The notes under the pieces are model-generated. The model was not told where the DNA came from, searched no databases, and was given only the letters and a program-made list of their open reading frames with translations. The translations under genes and the position numbers were made by a program. Positions 59,417-64,000 of a stretch of DNA of 64,000 bases are shown here, one piece after another. The stretch comes from the human T2T-CHM13v2.0 reference genome, Homo sapiens. Location: NCBI RefSeq assembly GCF_009914755.1, contig NC_060926.1; one strand, 5' to 3'. How positions within the stretch are numbered: position 1 is the first letter of the stretch; the number at the start of each line of letters is the position of its first letter.

Positions 59417-61010
59417 CACCCTTGTCATCTGGGAAAACCTGGCGAGGGAGCTTGTGTGCCCAGGGCCAGTTTCCTTGTCAGCTGCCAAGCCTAGGACTGC
59501 CAAGCCTAGTCCCTTCTCTACCACTCCCTGGTTTCTCCGGGACAGGGGACAGTGGTCAGGAGCTTTCTGAACACTTGCTGTGACCTTGACCATTCCAACC
59601 AGTTCCCCCCAGACATCAAGGGAAATGTTCTAGAGGAAACAGGATGTGTTTTCCTGCAAAATCATTTGTCTCATAAGGTGATTTGCATACTGGTGGGGAC
59701 ACAAATGTCATTCCCTGCCCATTTCCTCCCTAGAGAAAAGGGTTTCCATCACAGCTTTCTCCTCAAGAGAGAAGGCAGCTGTATGGGCCCGGTCCCAGCC
59801 CTGAGGATGCCTTCCTGACAGTGGGGAGGAGGGACGGGATGTTAGTTAGGGTCTCCCCAGAAGTGGTTGGTAAGCAGGCTCCTTTCTTGACCCCTCCCCA
59901 AGTCTCAGGGTTTGGCTGGAAGCTCCCCAGCTCCAGCTCTGACAAACAACCCGCTCCTGCAAACCAGGGATCTAGGCAGCCCACCTTGCTCTTAAACTTC
60001 CTTGGGGTTAAATTACAGAAGATTCAGCTGCTAGAAGAGATAGTTGAGGTGATGGTAGATGACAAATAACAACAAATACTTAGTGCTTACTGTGTGCCAG
60101 ACATTGCTGTAAGCATGTTACATGCACTGTAAATTAATTTAATCCTTACAGCAACCCAGAGAGATTGGTTCTATTATTTTTCCCACCGTTTGCAGGAGGA
60201 ATCAGGGTTCAGAGAGGTTAAGTAACTTGCCCAAGGTCACACAGCTGAACAGCTGATAGTTGCACAGACAGGGTTTGAACTCAGCCGATCTGGCTCCAAA
60301 GTCTGGGAATCTAAATACTGTGTTATGAGAGGAAGCACTGGAAGGTTCGTGATCTGTTGTAACCCTTGAAGACTGCACAGTACTCAGAAATATTGGCATG
60401 CCATTTAAGGCCCCTTAGGATCTGGTCCTAGCTACGCTGCTATTCCATCCTGCCTCCTGCTATGATCCACTTACTGAAACAGGCCATAAACATGCCCCAG
60501 CTGGTCTGCACAGTGTTTCCTCTGCCCAGGTAGGACTTGCCCATTTCTCTGTCTGAAACATCTCTTTACCCACTGACAACCTCTGAAAAGCCATTTCAAC
60601 ATCTCAAGGCTGAGTTGAGCAAGCCCTTCTTTTTATCAAAGTGGTTTCTATCAAATTGTCTCCTGTAATTATTGTCTAATAAGTCTCTCCTACTTCTAGG
60701 TTTCACTCACTCCCAAGAGCTAGGTGACTGTCCTATTCATGTCAGAACCCTTAGCACTAAGCTGAGCACCTGATGTGGTAAATAGTAAATGTCTGTCATG
60801 TACAGTGCACAAAGCAAGTTATAAAATAATATATACAATATGCTAAAAATTATATTACATATACTGTAAATATATCACAGCCCAGAAGGATATATGCCAA
60901 AGTGTTAACAGCAATTTTCACAGAATTTGGGGGTACAGTGATTTTTATTTCCTTGTTTGTATATCTGCATTTTCCAAAATTTCCATAATGAACATATATT
61001 ACTTTTGTAG

Positions 61011-62490
<1,480 letters not shown>

Positions 62491-62525
62491 AAACTTTTAA
62501 AATTTTGAAGTAATTTCAGTCTCAG

Positions 62526-62895
62526 TATATTAGTCCATTCTCATGCTTCTAATGAAGACATACCTGAGAGTAGGAAATTTATAAAGGAAAGAGGTTTAAT
62601 TGACTCACAGTTCAGCATGGCTGGGGAGGCCTCAGGAAACTTATAATCATGGCAGAAGGGGAAGCAAACACGTCCTTCTTCACATGGCGGCAGCAAGGAG
62701 AAGTGCCAACCAAAAGGGGGAAAAGCCCCTTATAAAACCATCAGATCTCGTGAGAACTCACTCACTATCATGAGAACAGCATGAGGGTAACTGCCCCCAT
62801 GATTAAATTGCCTCCCACTGGGTCTCTCCCATGATATGTGGGGATTATGGGAACTACAATTCAAGATGAGATTTGGTTGGGGACAAACCATATCA
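62526..62895 (-). mobile_element. THE1 (ERVL-MaLR) solo LTR with perfect 5-bp TSD CTCAG
   Basis: tattagtccattctcatg...aaagaggtttaattgactcacagttc...aaaccatatca; ctcag at 62521-62525 and 62896-62900. Confidence 0.92.
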
Positions 62896-63039
62896 CTCAG
62901 GACAGATACAAGAATAGTACAATTAATTTCTGAATATCCTTTCCCCAGTTTCAATAGTCATTAATGTTTTGCCACATTTGCTTTATCAATCACTTTCTCT
63001 TTTTGTCTGTCTACATAAATACATATTATTATTATTATT

Positions 63040-64000
63040 ATTATAACAGCTTTGTTGAGATACAAGTCATATACCATATATGCAACCATTACCACACAGC
63101 AAATTTTAGAATATTTTCATCACCTAAAAAAGAAACTCTGGGCCAGGCGTGGTGGCTTATACCTGTAATCATCCCAGCACCTTGGGGGGCCAAGGTGGGG
63201 GGGAATTGCTTGAGCCCAGGAGTTCGAGACCAGCCTGGGCAACAAGGCAAGACCCTATCTTTATAAAAAATAAATTAGCCAGGTGTGGTGGCATGTGCCT
63301 TTGGTCCCATCTCCTGGGGAGGCTGAGGCAGGAGGATCCCAGGAGGTTGAGGCTGCAGTGAGCCATGATTGCACCACTGCACTCCAGCCTGGGTGACAGA
63401 GTGAGACCCTATCTCAAAAAAAGAAAAACAAACCAAAAAACAAAACCCTGTACCTCTTTTAGCTATCACCTCCCTAAACCCAATTCACCTCAGCCCTAAG
63501 CAACCACTAACCTACTCTCTGTCTTTATAGACTATAATATGTAGTCTCTATATAGACAGAATAGACTACAATGTCTATTCTGGACATTGCATATAAACAC
63601 AGTCATATAATCTGTAGTCTTTAGTGACTCACTTTTTTCACTTAGCATAATGTTTTCAAGATTCGTCCATTTGTAGCATGTATCAGCCCTTCATTCATTT
63701 TTATGGCTTTATTACAGTCTAATATATGGATGTATCTCATTGTGGCTATCCATTCATCACTTGATGGACATGGGGTTGTTTCTGTATTTTGACTATTATG
63801 ATTAATGCTGCTATGAACATTCCCGTACAAGTTTTTGTGTGGACATATGTTTCATTTCTCTGGGACATACACCTAGGAGCGGAATTTCTGGGCCATACAA
63901 TAGCCATATGCTTAATTGTTTGGGGAATAATAATGTACTTATATTTTATTTCTGAACCATTTTGAGGTGAAGTTGCAGACATGTCCCTTTATCCCTAAAT
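63040..64000. mobile_element. L1MB/MC 3' fragments (-) with an Alu at 63141-63445 (+)
   Basis: L1 ORF2 C-terminal-like peptide ETYVHTKTCTGMFIAAL on the minus strand. Confidence 0.85.

Overview
This is Alu-dense primate genomic DNA, recognised as human. The first ~24 kb holds the last nine coding exons and 3' UTR of SLC4A1AP (kanadaptin, + strand). I assembled these exons by hand from splice signals and they join in frame, ending ...GQSGDGRTHLNDKYGY*. Two of the eight fully visible introns use GC donors (both gcaagt). The remaining 40 kb is mostly transposon-derived (about 50 Alu pieces, L1, L2, MIR, MaLR/ERVL LTRs, hAT fossils). It contains a CpG-island promoter at ~44.5-44.9 kb with a strong minus-strand splice donor; from memory of the locus this is the lncRNA LINC01460, which the sequence alone does not prove. 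It also has a 194-aa minus-strand ORF followed by a poly(A) signal, an AP-1 motif cluster at 49.4-50.7 kb and several CTCF-like motifs. I see no convincing new multi-gene system. The best leads are splicing regulation of SLC4A1AP (two GC donors, a candidate poison exon, inverted Alus), the possible de novo ORF, and several local rearrangement scars. Almost all ORF-track entries are Alu, L1 or low-complexity artefacts. Repeat boundaries and subfamily names are by eye and approximate.
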